A stretch of 64,000 nt of DNA from Paramecium tetraurelia (Eukaryota). The stretch is taken from positions 226,096 through 290,095 of the forward strand of contig CT868541.1 of the NCBI GenBank assembly GCA_000165425.1, in the 5' to 3' direction. The notes below the pieces were generated by a model. The model saw only the letters and a list, made by a program, of their open reading frames with translations. It was not told the origin of the DNA and did not search any database. Made by a program: the position numbers and the translations under genes. Below are positions 12,685 to 26,700 of the stretch, piece by piece. Numbering within the stretch: position 1 is the stretch's first letter; each line of letters starts with the position of its first letter.

Positions 12685-14243
12685 TCATCCCTCTGTGATA
12701 GTCTAGATAGCTGTCTTAGTAGATCCATCCTTAAATTTATAAGTCTTAGTGATTTTTGTAACTTTTTGTCCACCTTTCATACTTACAGCAGATGAAGTAC
12801 TAACAGAAACGCATCCAGGTGGCAATTATTCTGAATTATGCATTAGAAGTACCTTCTTCTTCATCCTCTTATTAGGGAGCAGCACCAACATGACCTCCTT
12901 TTCCACCTAATTCGACTGTCTTTGCTTAATTATTTGATGATTATTTAGGCTATTGGCCTTATGGAGTGAATTCAGTAGCAAAATCAAACACACTTTGAGT
13001 TTAATATGTTTTGTGATCTCCTGTAGCAATTCCAACAAGATTGAAATCTTAACCAAAACAATTCTTTCTATGTCCTCTAGAACCAACTCCATCATCAATC
13101 AATAGTTAGATGATAACATCTTCTCCAGTTTTTTATCCATAACTAATATTTTCACCTATTTTTCCATTCCATTCTCCATATCTTTCGATTCTGTCAGAAA
13201 GTGATGATCCATCAGTTCCTGTATGTCCACAGACACCTTTAGGTCCTGTGTCTTTGACATGATCAGCACAAGCTTATTCTAATCCTTTTTCATATGTTAA
13301 TGGATGCAGAGGCTGTTGTTTTTATAAAAATCCGATTAATTCTAGCTTATTAATATTAAAAATTACCTTGAATGACTTTAGTGCCTTCATTAGTTTGCAA
13401 AGGTACTTCTCCAGGTTTATAAAGAACACTGCCTTTAAATAGTTTGATCAAATTTTATAATTTTGGAATAGGGAGTGTGGGATTTTATCTGACTTGATTT
13501 AAATAGTCAAAAGCATCTTAAGTTATTTTATCATCAGGGTCTTTGACTTAAGGTTTGGCAGGAGGAGCATCTGGTTATCTATTTTATTGTTGTTCTGGTT
13601 ATTATTATGAAATGCTCTGAGAAGGAGCGTTGGCATCAAGTCCTGGTTTATCTTCAAATGATCCTGCAAAATCAAAAACGCATTAAGTTTTGTATTGTTT
13701 ATGTTCTCCATCATATATGCCTACAACTCCGAATTCTGGTTTAAAGCAGTTTTTTCTATGTCCTCTAGATGAAACGCCATCATCAATAATTAATTGAATG
13801 ATAACTATAATGATATTGAATTGGTACCATCTTCACCTGTAGTTTATCCATAACTGATGTTTTCACCAACAGTAACATCCCATTCTCCATATCTTTCGAT
13901 TCTGTCACTCATGGATGATCCATCAGTGCCTGTATGACCTGTGACTCCTTTTGGTCCTGTATCCTTGACATGGTCTCTGGCTGCACATTCTAATCCCTTA
14001 CTCCAAGTCAAAGGACCAAGTGGCTTCTGATTTTGCAAGAATGAAATGCACTCTAGTATATATCTGAAAATTACCATTGACAACTTTTGGTCCTTCATTT
14101 GTTTGGAGTGGTATTTCTCCAGGTTTCTATAAGATATTTCCTTTGAAGAGCTTGAGATGTTCTTGCAATTTAGTGATAGCCAATTTTGGATTCTGCCTTA
14201 ATTTATTAAGATACTCAAAGGCCTCTTGAGATATTTTGCTCAT
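12685..14243 (-). CDS. Protein with two tandem CAP (SCP/PR-1) domains, no signal peptide
   Basis: Two copies of ...GLE(C/Q)A(A/C)(R/A)[11 protein letters not shown](T/S)[19 protein letters not shown]....GENISYG...[21 protein letters not shown]-rich linkers; three short introns. Confidence 0.9.
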
Positions 14244-14332
14244 AAAAATTAATGTTATGCCTTTCTAAAAATTATTGAAAAAAAGTGATATTGAAATATA
14301 AATGATATTAAAATTTTTAAATTAATTTTAAA

Positions 14333-14722
14333 ATGGTGAAGAATGTTGCTTAAGAGAGTGTGAATCAAAAACTTTAATTGGTTGTCAGATCAGGAAAGAT
14401 CACCATGGGATATAAGCAAACATTGAAGGCAATCAGAAATGGAACAGCCAAATTAGTGTTTATTTCTAACAATTGTCCCACAATTAGAAAGACCCAAATT
14501 GAGTATTATGCCATGTTGGCTCAAATCACCATTGTGTTATATTAAGGAAACAACGTTGATTTAGGTACGGGGGTTTAGAAGGAGAGTTTGTTCTTCTTTG
14601 ATTGAATTAATGGGCATTAGTGATTTAATCTTATTATAGGTACCGCCTGTGGTAAATTACACAGATGTTCAAGCTTAGCCATCATCGATGCAGGTGACTC
14701 AGACATCCTTACCCAATAATGA
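14333..14722 (+). CDS. RPL30: 60S ribosomal protein L30 (eL30)
   Basis: [63 protein letters not shown]...[29 protein letters not shown]; one 75-nt intron at 14565-14639. Confidence 0.97.
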
Positions 14723-14807
14723 TTTAATTTTATGTTAGTACAATATTTTCATAACACAAATTACAGATATCCTAAATTATATAATTATTTCCTATAAACT
14801 ATTTGAA

Positions 14808-15637
14808 TCACTTTCTATTTCCACCTCTTGTTTTAATTTCTCCTTGTTTAGTCCTGTTTTCTCTATCCTATGATGACAAATTGAAATTAGACTGGTTTTA
14901 AATTGGTCTTGGTCTTCCCCCGGGTTTATAATTCTTTTAATTTCTTTATTGCTCTCTCTCATTTACTCTTTCTCGACTTCTACTGCCTCCTCTGTAACTC
15001 TCCTATTAAATTCAAAAGCATTGTACCTTCTAATCTTGTTAATCAGGCTTTCTTCTTTATGCATGAGAATCTCCTCTAGTAATCAATTTTCCTCTATCTT
15101 AATTTGATTGCTTATTATTGTCCTCCCTATTCTATTTATTCTACTTGGGTTTGTTCTCCCTTGAAAAGAACAAATTCTATGCATAGATCATGACATATGG
15201 AAAGAGTTCAAATTTCTTTTCATCTTTCACTTCTCCTGGTTCTTAATAGCCTGGCTAATTCAATTCCTCTTAAGTAGGATTGCATCTACAGTATAAAGAT
15301 TGAGTACGTCAATTTAATTCGAATTGCTGGGATTGCAATTTATATTTTTTTTGTTTGTCCATTCTCATTCACCTCAATACTCTTTTACATATTCTCGAAT
15401 GTTGCGATCGAACTCAGTCCCTACAATTTCTTAAACTTTTACCTTAAATCTTGCTCTTACTATTTCAGCAACCAAAATTGCATTTGGAATAGCTGATCCT
15501 GCCCCAAAAAGTCTGACTGACTCACTCTTATTATCTCTATCTCTTAAAAACAAAACAGCCTTCACTAAATATTAAGCTATTTGGTCTTGTGAAGACTTAG
15601 ATTTTATCTTGATATCTGTCTTCTCTTTTTAATCCAT
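14808..15637 (-). CDS. Alba-domain (Rpp25/Alba family) nucleic-acid-binding protein with an R/N/G-rich tail
   Basis: SVRLFGAGSAIPNAILVAEIVRARFKGL...IPAIRIKLT...PGYQEP, followed by a low-complexity Arg/Gly/Asn-rich C-terminus. Confidence 0.8.
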
Positions 15638-16784
15638 AATTTATTGATAATATCTAATTCCAATATATTAAATAACATCGATTTATATTTCTTTCGATTA
15701 TAAAAAAGCAATTACTAGCTTTATAATTATTACTGTATGATTAAGTATTCTATATTATACTGTGCTATTTTGAAGCATAATTTAATGATTTTTTGTACTA
15801 ACTCTTATCTACAGATAATTTAGTTCTATTAACTACAATAGATCATCATCTAGATGCTTTAACAGAATCATAAGTGTCCACTCATTAATCAGTTTTAGCC
15901 AAAGGAATATTTTGTATGTAATTACTTTGAAAATGTGAATTTTGGCTCTTAAATTAGAAGAGTAATGTTTAAATTAATTATAAATTATAATCTTCAACTC
16001 TAATTATAAATATATGTATCATGTTATATGATATCCCAAACTACTAAATTATCTTATCTATATCAATTCTTATATGACATTAGATAGTATTAAATTAAAT
16101 TTTTGCTATCACTTCGCATTATAAACCTCAAATAGCTTAAGAGAAATTGGAATGCTTAAATTTCTTTTTAACTCAAAAACTTCTAGTTATCTTTTTCTTT
16201 AATTCTTGACTATCTTTAAAATGTTTTGAAGTATAATACATTCATACTTCGAATTAATTTATCATCCATAAACTTTATCTTTAATATTATTTCAATTGAA
16301 CGTAAATGTTTTTTAGAGAATTAATTTATGTCAAATAATCTGTAAATAAATCTATTATTATATATAAATTTTGCCTTAATAAAATATTATTATTCCTTTG
16401 TATTAATTTGTACATATAATGAAAGATAATTAAAATTTGATAAATATAAAATAGAACCTAAAACATCTTAATTATATTGATTAAACTCTACAATAAATGT
16501 GTATCTGTATTTAAAAATGAATTCTATCTTAATATAGTAATCTAAAACATGATTAAAATGTAGAGCAGAAAATGCATTCTAATTTAATCAAGCTGATATA
16601 GTAAGAGAGGGTAAAGTAATTTCATAGTTAATTTGTAAATTTGATGGAAAGTAAACTCAAAACGGTTTTATGATTATTTGAATGATTTATTAATAAACCA
16701 ATAAAAATTAGAGTTTAAACAAAAAAAAAGAGACGTTGGAAGTTATTGAGTTTTTATCATTTGAAATTTTAATTAAATAAAATT

Positions 16785-19700
16785 ATGTAATAAGAGGATT
16801 AGGAAAAGATTAATCTGATTAGTGAATTAAATCTGCATAAATAATAGGTGGAGGAATACAAGTCTAAATACTTTTAGGCATAAAAGGAAATTGAGAACAA
16901 GAACAAAGAAATTGAAGGGTATCATTCTAATTTATATTAACAATAGTTTGAGATAGATGATGTAAATGACCTAGTCTATAAGAGGATCTGATGGGAGATA
17001 ATCAGAGGATTTGAGAAGAAATTTGTAGGTTTTGATGTCAGAGAATCAAAGTTTGAAATCGCAGAACCAGGAATTGTAAAATTAATTGCAACAATTTAAT
17101 CAACAAATGCAATACCAGCCTTAACAATAATAACAAATTCAATTGCAACAAGAAATCAATAGATTAAATAATGACAAGATGCTAATTTAAGGGAATTTAG
17201 ATATATTACAATAACAATTTGATGCTAAAACTAAGGATTTTGATTAATTAAAGGTGAGGTTGTAAGCAATAGATTTTATACAGAACTTACCTTAAGGTTA
17301 AGAAGCTAATAAAATATTGGTTATGGGTAAGGAAATCTAGAGATTGAATTCATAGTTGATATAGAGAGATTAAGAACTGGAGAATCTGAGATCATAATTA
17401 CTTGAACAACAGAAGGGGCTGTAAGAAAGGGATAATTTATCAGCTCAATTGAGATCATATGAAGACAAAGTAAGAGGATTATCAACTGATATTGAAAGCA
17501 TGTTAATATAAGTGGGTGGTTTGAAATATGATGTTCAACTAAAGAATGATTTGGAGAGATGTAAATAATAGAAATTAGATCTTGAGAGGGAGTTGGTGTT
17601 ATGGAAGGACAAGCATACAAAATTAGAGAATGATTCTAAACATCTTTATGAAATCGAAAGAAAGACTGAGGATTTATAAAATAGATTGATAAGAACGAAT
17701 GAAGAAAATGAGAGATTGGAGTAGGAGAATAGGGGAATATAATTGAAATTGTAAGCATTCGATAGATTACTGAGAGATAAGGAATAATTGGAAAGGAAAA
17801 TATAAGATCAAGAATCAACACTATATAATATGGAATAATAATTGAATGAGAAGAGAAGGGAAATGGAGTAATTGAAGATTAGGAATAGAGATTTAGAATA
17901 AGATTTTATTAATTTTAAGGAGAATATATTTAGACCTAATGAAGAGAGATAAAAGAGATTGGAAATAGAAATAGAGAATTGGAGAAATAAATGTTTGGCT
18001 TTGGAAAGTAACTTTTTTGGGAATAATGAAAGATTGTATGTGGAAAATGAATTGAAGAGATTACATGGAATTGTAATTTAATTATAATAAGAAAATGATG
18101 AATTAAAATCTAGACCTAGAAGAAATCAAAATAATTACGGTGATGAATAGAGATTGAAAATATTATTTGCAGAAAGAGAGAAATTATATATAGAACTTGA
18201 AGAGGCAAGGAGAAGAATTGCTTAATTAGAAAGATAACCATAAATGTAATAATAATAATAGCCTTTCTAATATTTTGATGTCAGTGATAGTGATAAGGAT
18301 CAGTAAATTTAGGAACTTAAACAAGGAATTAATTTGTTAATAGATGAAAATAAACAATTGAAAGCAGAAATAGATAAATAGTATTTACAGATTGAATAAT
18401 TGGAGATTGATAAGAATTATATTAAAACTAAGTAAATTGCTCCCAAGGAAACTGTTCTTGAGATGCTGGCCAAATAACCTGATTTACATAAGAGTGTTTT
18501 GGAATAGTTGGCTAGAAGATTATATGCTGATCTAAAGGCTAAGGACTAAATTATAGAATAGATGAATCAGAATTTATCTGTTAGCTAATAATTATAATAT
18601 GAGAAGAAGATTCAAGATCTAGAGGGTTAGATTCAAACACTTATTAATAATTAAAGATAATAGCTATCCATTTCTTAAAACAATTTATTATAATAACCTG
18701 AATAGTAATCTTTGAACAATTCAAGACTTTCCAGTCCTAATAAAAAGAAAATATTCGATTAAGTAGATTTTGAGAAAATTATTGAGGAGAACTAGTAATT
18801 GAAAAACGAGATTAAGGACTTGAAGTAATAAAGGGATTATGAGTTCATAGAGTTATTAGAGTAGAAGGATAAAGAATTGGAATTAATTAAACTCAAATTT
18901 AATCAAATTTCAAATAATGCAAGCGATTTCAAAGTTGATGATTTGAAGAAGTTGAGGGATGTATTGGAATAGAAGGCTTATGAGGCTTAAGAATGGAAAG
19001 ATAAAATGGCAGCACTCCAAATGTAAGTAAGAAATAAAGAAAACTAAAATTATAATAGACCATTTAGTTAAAATATTCTAGAATAAGAATACAAGAAATT
19101 GAGTTAACTATATGAGTTGAAATCATTGGAAGTTGAAGAATTAAGGGCTAGATCAGGAGTTAATGGTTAATTGATTATAAGTGAGAACTTACAAAGCCAG
19201 AATTTGGATGTCATTAAACTGAAAAGAATTTTGGAGATGAGAACTGCTGAACTAGAAGAGTGGAAAAATAAATGTTTAAAGTTTTAACAATATTAAATCT
19301 AATTACAAAATCAGAATTAAGGTAGTAATGGTGTGTCTGACATGGAAGAACACATCCGTAAACTCAAACTCACTCATGATTATAAAACAAAAGAAGCCGA
19401 AGATTGGAGATAAAGATACAACTAATTATTGAAAAATCAGGATCCTAAGTCAGGGAAAGCCATTGATGAAATGTAGGCAGAGCTAGTTAAGTTAAAAAGG
19501 ATTCATGATGCTAAGCACTAAGAACTATAAGAAATGTAACCTAGATTCTAAAGGATGTAATAAGAAAAGGATGTTTTAGAAAATGAATTAAGAAGACTTA
19601 AATACTCATTGGAATAATAGATTTAGGATAATGATTTGTTGAAAAAGAAACTTGGAATCAGCACAGGAGGTAATATGAATAATTTATCAAATGATAAAGT

Positions 19701-20442
19701 TGTAAGAGAGTAGTAATTGAAAATCTAATAGCTGCAGTAATAATTATAATAGTATTAAAATCAAATGAACGATTTCAGTTAAGAACACAACAAATTGAAA
19801 TAAACACACTAATTAAAATAAGATTAAATCAAGTCTATTGCTTTGAATATTGACACAAAAGAATAGTAAATGAGACAATTATTGGATGAAAACTAAAAGT
19901 TAAAAAGTGCTTTAGACTAAAAATTAAAGGATATAGAGGAACTGAAACTTTAATTATCAAAAGCATCATAAATGCTGTAATAAACATCTAGAGTAAATTA
20001 ATTATTTTAATTGCTTAGGAATATTAAGAGTATAGAAAATCTACATAATCTGTTGAGAGTTATAAGGCATAATTAACGATCATGTAGAATAAGATTTAAG
20101 AGTCAGATAAAAGAGTGTAATAGATATAGGGGGATATGCAAAAGTTATAAAATGTTCTTAGAGAAAAGGCCTCTGAAAATGAAAAGCTCAAAGGTATTTT
20201 GAATAATCCTAAATAAAGAAAATTTAAATAAGGTGAATCAATATTAAAACGAGAAGAATATGGTATTGCAACAGTTGCAGTAAGCCAAGACTACATTGTA
20301 AGAGAAATAAAAGGAGAATGAAAAGTTTAAATAGTAATACTCATAATTGCTATAACAACATTAAAAATTATAGACTTAATAGGCTGAAACTAAGAGTTAG
20401 TTGGACAAATTAAGATCTGTTTTAGGAAATTTTGGAAAATGA
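16785..20442 (+). CDS. Large coiled-coil protein (~1150 aa), function unknown
   Basis: Long Q/E/K-rich code-6 frame with recurring (E)EW(K/R)xKY/C motifs and a few short introns; ends FGK-TGA at 20440-20442. Confidence 0.8.
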
Positions 20443-20715
20443 TATATAAGATATACTTAGAAATATATAAATTTGATTGGTTTATGAATAGAATGTTAGT
20501 GCTTCTTCTGTTGAAATTTTGGATAAGGGTAATTTTCCGATTGAGTCAAACTTATGTGAAGATACTAAGCTAAACAATTGAATTAATAGGAGTAAATAAT
20601 TGGAATAGGGAAGGTAATTTCTATTGAGTAATTTTGAGTTGTTTTGTCACATAGGGATTGTTTCTACTGAAAAATATTTATAAACAAATAATATATTAAT
20701 TTACATTAAAAAGTT

Positions 20716-23700
20716 ATGAAAAATGGCATAATTTTAGAATAATACGAGGATGAAGATGAATATGAGGTAAATAGTTTGGTTTCATTCAGATTCAAGAGGA
20801 GAAGCAAAGATAGGAGAGAAAGGAATATTTACGAAGAATGCAGCAGATGATTTTTGATGAAACTCATTACGACATAGCCTTATAATAAAATACAGAATCC
20901 CAGATAATTTAAGAATATTTGATTGATTTGGATAATGAATTTTATATAGATTATACTCATCAATTGCCTGCCCCGAGTAGTTAGATAAAACTGAGACCAA
21001 TGAATGAATTACAGTTAGCATATATTTATGTTGATGAGTAATTAGAAAGTTAATTAAAATTAGTTTCCCATTTTTAAAGATGAGAAGATTGTTGATGATA
21101 ATTTTTTAGTCGGTCAGATATCTAATGAAATATTTAATAAATCTCAAATTTTTTCAATTGATACTGATGGTAATAATTATTTTGAATTCTCTATGCTTAG
21201 CATTAGAAGTAGATTAATATGAGATAATTTTCATAATTTGTTATTCAGTGGAAGCCATTTTCAAGATGTTGGCATTGGTTAACAATTATAATTATCATAG
21301 GGTTTGTATTCTAAGAGAGATTCGTATTTTCGAGACTTTTGGAATGTAATCGATTTTGTAATTCTGGTATTTTAATACTTGCCTTACTTTGTGAATATAT
21401 AATTCAATTTTAATGCCTTACGAACAATAAGAATCTTAAGATCTTTGGATGCAGGTTAAAGTATTCCAGCTTTGAAAGTAATATTGACTTCGTTATTTTA
21501 ATCAGTTTACTAATTGAAGGATGCATTGATAGTATTGGTGTTTTCATATTCAATATTTGCAATAGTAGCTCTTCTCCTTTTCAGTGGAGGATTAAAGAGA
21601 AGATGTGTAAATTTGGAAACAGGAATCCCTAGAAATAATGAAGTGTGTTCAGAATGTTAAGGAGAATTCGAATGTGTTAAATAGATAGCTAATCCTTTTA
21701 ATAGTTTGATTAACTTCGATACTTTCGGATGGTCCTTAATATAGGTGTTTATATGCACTTTACTTGAGAGTTGGTCTCAGATCTTAGATTACACAGTAGC
21801 AGCATATAATGAAGCAGTTTATATCTATTTCTTTATGGTAGTGATGGTAGGAGGATTCTTTTTGGTTAATTTGACTTTGGCCATTATTAAGCTTAATTTT
21901 TCAAATAATCAGAAATTTGTGATACCACCAGTAATTGAGGAGAGTTATGATTATTGGGAATTGAGAATAATGGGAATATATGAGCCAGCTAAATTGTAGA
22001 TATAAGCAGCTTTGAGAAGGAAAAGTGATGCCCAATTTACATTCAGAGAAAGATCTTAAAGAACACAAACGAGAAGAAAATTAAGAATTACAAAATATCC
22101 TAGTCAAATTTAGAATCTTAGTTTAAAAATACATCCTATTAAATTTGCTAATAATTTCAGTACCCCTTTCGTGAAGCAAGATAAGAAATTTATGGGAATA
22201 TATGGTATGGGTAAAAAATTGTAACCAATTATTGGAGGTGTTACTCCTTCAAAGAATGCAAGAAATAAACTCAATTTTAATTAAGAATAACCAGGATAGT
22301 CCATTCTTCAAAGTCCCATAGATCAAAATATTAGTTTCTCCTATAATTTATCACCTAATAATAAATTAGGTAATATGCTATTTAGTCAATCGAATAGGAC
22401 TCTTTTGAATAATCAAACCAAATAATTATCAAGCAAATCGATTTTAAATAATAATAAATCTCCAAATAATCGTTCTCGAATTATTTCTCCATAAAATTAG
22501 AGAAATCACAATGAATTAAATAATGGATCTCCAAAATCTCAATTCAGTAAATAAATAGTAAAAAGAGCAGTAAGACCTTCAATATCTGAATCTGATTAAA
22601 TTCTAGTAAATGATCTAAAAATGATTGGATAGCCCCAATCTAAAAAGACAATCACAACACCTAAAAATACTGAAGAGCAACTCTTAGATTTCCTATCTTA
22701 AGCTCAGAATAATAATAATATCCTTACTAATGAAAATTAGAGTAATGGACTTTTAACTCCAAACAATTAATTGAATCTACAGAATCCAACATTTAATAGA
22801 GCTAATCTTCAACATGGTACCTATGCACCAAAGACTTCTCACTAAATTTAAATGCTGCAAGATGTTAAACAGCGATCTTTCAATGTTAGAAACAAATAGA
22901 TAGATTAGGTCAAAAATGATGTATCCATTTTGGATAAGAGTGAAAATTCCATTATTAATTCTATCCCTAGTGAATAGGTTGACCAAGAACTAATGGATTT
23001 AGGCATATTGGAAATAAATAATATCAAAAAACAAAAGCCTGAAATGCAGCAAAATTCATCATTCAAAATGAACTACATTCGTAGGAAGAAGCCTCGATTA
23101 ACTAGGAAAACCTTGAGAAAATCTACTTATTTAAGTAAGACATTTAATTCAGCAAATGATGATAGATTTCAACAATTAAAAATCAAATTATTTAAAACTA
23201 AATTTTACAAAGAAGTTCCTTATTTGCCTTATACTTCAAACTCAGAATTGGATGTATTAGAAGTTCAATAAATGAAAAAGATACAGTAGAATCTTAAGAA
23301 CAACGAAGAAATTAATAGGAAGCTCAAGAAATAAGTTAAATATGTATTTTCTAATTAACAAACCCAGCTAACTAACTTAAAATCTACTTCCAAACTTCAA
23401 CCATCATCAACTCAAATTAAAAGTACAAATGCCAAACGATCTTAAAAGTAAGTTAAATTCCAAGATTAAGAGGAGTAATAGTAATATAAAAAGTTGATTT
23501 TACATGATGTATAATTAAACTTCTAAGAGGCCTAATTATTAATGAGGAAAGAAGTTTAAGCTGTTGACCTTGAATAATATGGCTAGGTAGAAATATAATA
23601 TGATCTTAAAGAACAATTGCGATATTTGAATTACGAGCAAATTACTATAACTACAAGTACTAATTATTCAGAATATGTAAAATTTATGGTAAATCTATTT

Positions 23701-26700
23701 TAATTATTTCTTAGTCTGAAGCGAGTTCAAAATTAGAAATAGTTTAATAATCTTCAATTGAGGATGTACTTCCAATGAGTGACTATGTAGATGATTAAAC
23801 AATATCAATAATGAATCAAATCATGCTTGCATTAAATTATACTATCAATATTTATGAAATCTGGTTGCCAGGAATATCAGGTATTTTTAAAGTATTTAGA
23901 GTTAAATTACAAAATCTAATTTAGAGTGAATATTTTAATCGATTAATTAACTTTTGTGTTGCTTGCAATACAATCGTATTAGCCTTAGATGGTCTAGTTA
24001 CTAACGATAAATTGCTATCAGATTTAAATTTGGCATTTACAATAATATTTATTATTGAACTTGGATTCAAATTAATTGGGTTAGGGGTTAAAGGATATGT
24101 TTAAGATAAATTTAATCTTTTTGATGCTTTAATTGTTGGAATCAGTTTATATGAGGTAATTATAAATCAAGAGAATGGAGGAAAGTCTGGATTTAGTGCT
24201 TTGAGATCTTTACGTATCTTTAGAGCCTTAAGAGTATTAAGAATTTCTAAGTTAATAAGATCTCTTAAATTTATGGGATTTTTATTGAAAGTATTGGGTA
24301 ACGCGTTTGAATAAATACTATGGATGTTTATCTTAATGCTTTTCTTTTTATATACATTTACTATTCTAGGATTTTCATTATTTTAGGGAGAGATTTCAGA
24401 TGAAAACTATAGGTATACCTTTAATTCATTTATTATTTCATTTGAAACAGTGTTTTAATTATTCACCATTTCAAACTGGAGTGATGTATTGTATTCTTTA
24501 TTCTTGTCAAATGCTAACAACATTGTTGTATTTTTATATTTAGTTTTATGGATTGCAATTGGTAACTATATTTTTTTGAACTTATTTCTGGCAGTGCTAT
24601 TAGATAATTTTGAGGCAGAGTATAGAAGAGACAAGAACTAAATAGACAATAATATTATCATTGGCAGAGATCAGATTTTTGAATCTGCAATATCTTCTAA
24701 ACCTTAAGGAAGTAGGAAGTCAAGTAAATCTTCATTATAAGATGATGTGGAAGAATATTAGAAATTGTAAACTTAAAGATTTATTTACTTTTCAGAGAGA
24801 GGAATTGCAGAGTTTGCCTTGATGGTATTATCTTAGGAAAGTGCATTTCGAAAGATGTGTTATAGAGCAGTAAAAGATAAGATATTTGATATTATTATTC
24901 TGATTTTAATTCTTATATCAAGTGCTAAACTTATTCTGGATACTTATACTTTAGGCAATTCTTATGATGTCGTATCATATTGGCTAGATTTTTCTATGGT
25001 TATTTTATTTGGCTGTGAGGCTTTGCTAAAGATAATAGCATTTGGATTTATTGGAGATGATCTCAGTTACTTGCGTAATTCTTGGAATGCTCTTGATTTC
25101 ATTATATTAATAGGATCAATAGTGGATATCAGTGTTGCAGCAATAGATTTGAGTTATTTAAAGATATTGAGATTATTTAGAACATTGAGACCTTTGAGGT
25201 TTGTTTCTCATAACAGATCCATGAAAATAATTGTGTCAGCCTTATTGCAATCAGCTGATGGTATTTTAAATGTCGCAATAGTCATAATACTTGTTTGGAT
25301 GATGTTTGCCATCATTGGAATAAATTTTGCAAAAGGGAAGCTCTATTATTGTGATATGGGGGATGGTGCAATGCATTATGTAACTAAGGCAGAAGTAAGA
25401 TATAAATTATTAATTTTAGTGTGAAGGAGTGTGGAGAATATATGATAGTAATTTTGAGAACATTTTTTCAGGAATGCTGACATTATTTTGTTTAAGTACA
25501 TTGTTGGATTGGCCAGATCAATTATTGTATTTTAAAGATGGAACTGAAAATGGTTTAGTTAAGGATAGTTCACCTGAGTTCTTTCTATTTTTCTTAGCTT
25601 TTATTTTGATTGGGTCTATTCTTCTTAACAATTTATTTATCGGAGTTATTTTGGTTAATTTTCATATTGCAGAAGAAAAGGCCAGAGATTCCTCACTTAC
25701 TCAGGATCAAATACAATGGATTGATACTCAAAAGTTGATCATTGAAGCTAAACCTGATTTAAGTTTGTATTATATGCCGAAGAATAGGATTCAAGCATTT
25801 TTATTCAGGATTGTCAAAGCCAGGAATTTTGACTTGATCATCTCCCTATTCATTATAATAAATATTGTTGTAACTGGTATGTACATGGATGGTAATCTGT
25901 ATTATAATTATTAGATGGTGATCTTGAATATCTTTATGTAATTGATTAAATTAACTTTGCCATATCAATTATCTTTTGTTTCGAAGCAATAATAAAGATT
26001 ATTACCTTTGGTCCTTTAGCATATTTCAAGGTTAATTGGAATTAATTTGACTTTGTTATCGTAGTTATATCCATTATAGATTTCGCCACAAATGAGAGTG
26101 GATTATCTATAGGGAAAGGATTTAGAATCTTAAGAGCTGTAAGATTATTGAGATTGGTCAAATAATTTAAGGGTCTTAAGAAACTAATAGATACAGCTGT
26201 ATTTTCAATACCTGCAATCATTAATGCAGCTGCTTTATATTTTTTGATCCACTCCATTTTCTCTGTTTTGGGAGTATTTTTGTTTTCAGATATCAAAGAG
26301 GGAAAGATAATTTCTGATACCAACAACTTTTAAGATTTTCATCATTCATTTATTTTACTATTCCTGTCTTAAACTGGATTAGATTGGAATAGAATCATGT
26401 ATGATACAATGAATAATGGATCATAATACAATGCTTTATTTTGGGTTGTATTCATTTTGATTTAGAATTTTGTGATGCTTAATTTATTTATACTCATTGT
26501 GTTAGATTAATATGATGTTAATTACTTTCATGAAGATAATCCACTTAATAGATTTGATGAATATTAAAATAAAACACTTGATGTTTGGACTCGTTTCAGT
26601 TAAGATGGAGCAATCATAAACCAGAACAAATTGACAGATTTGATTCTTGCATTGCCTAAACCGTTGGGTTTAGACATCGTGAAATCCACCCAGAAAGGTG

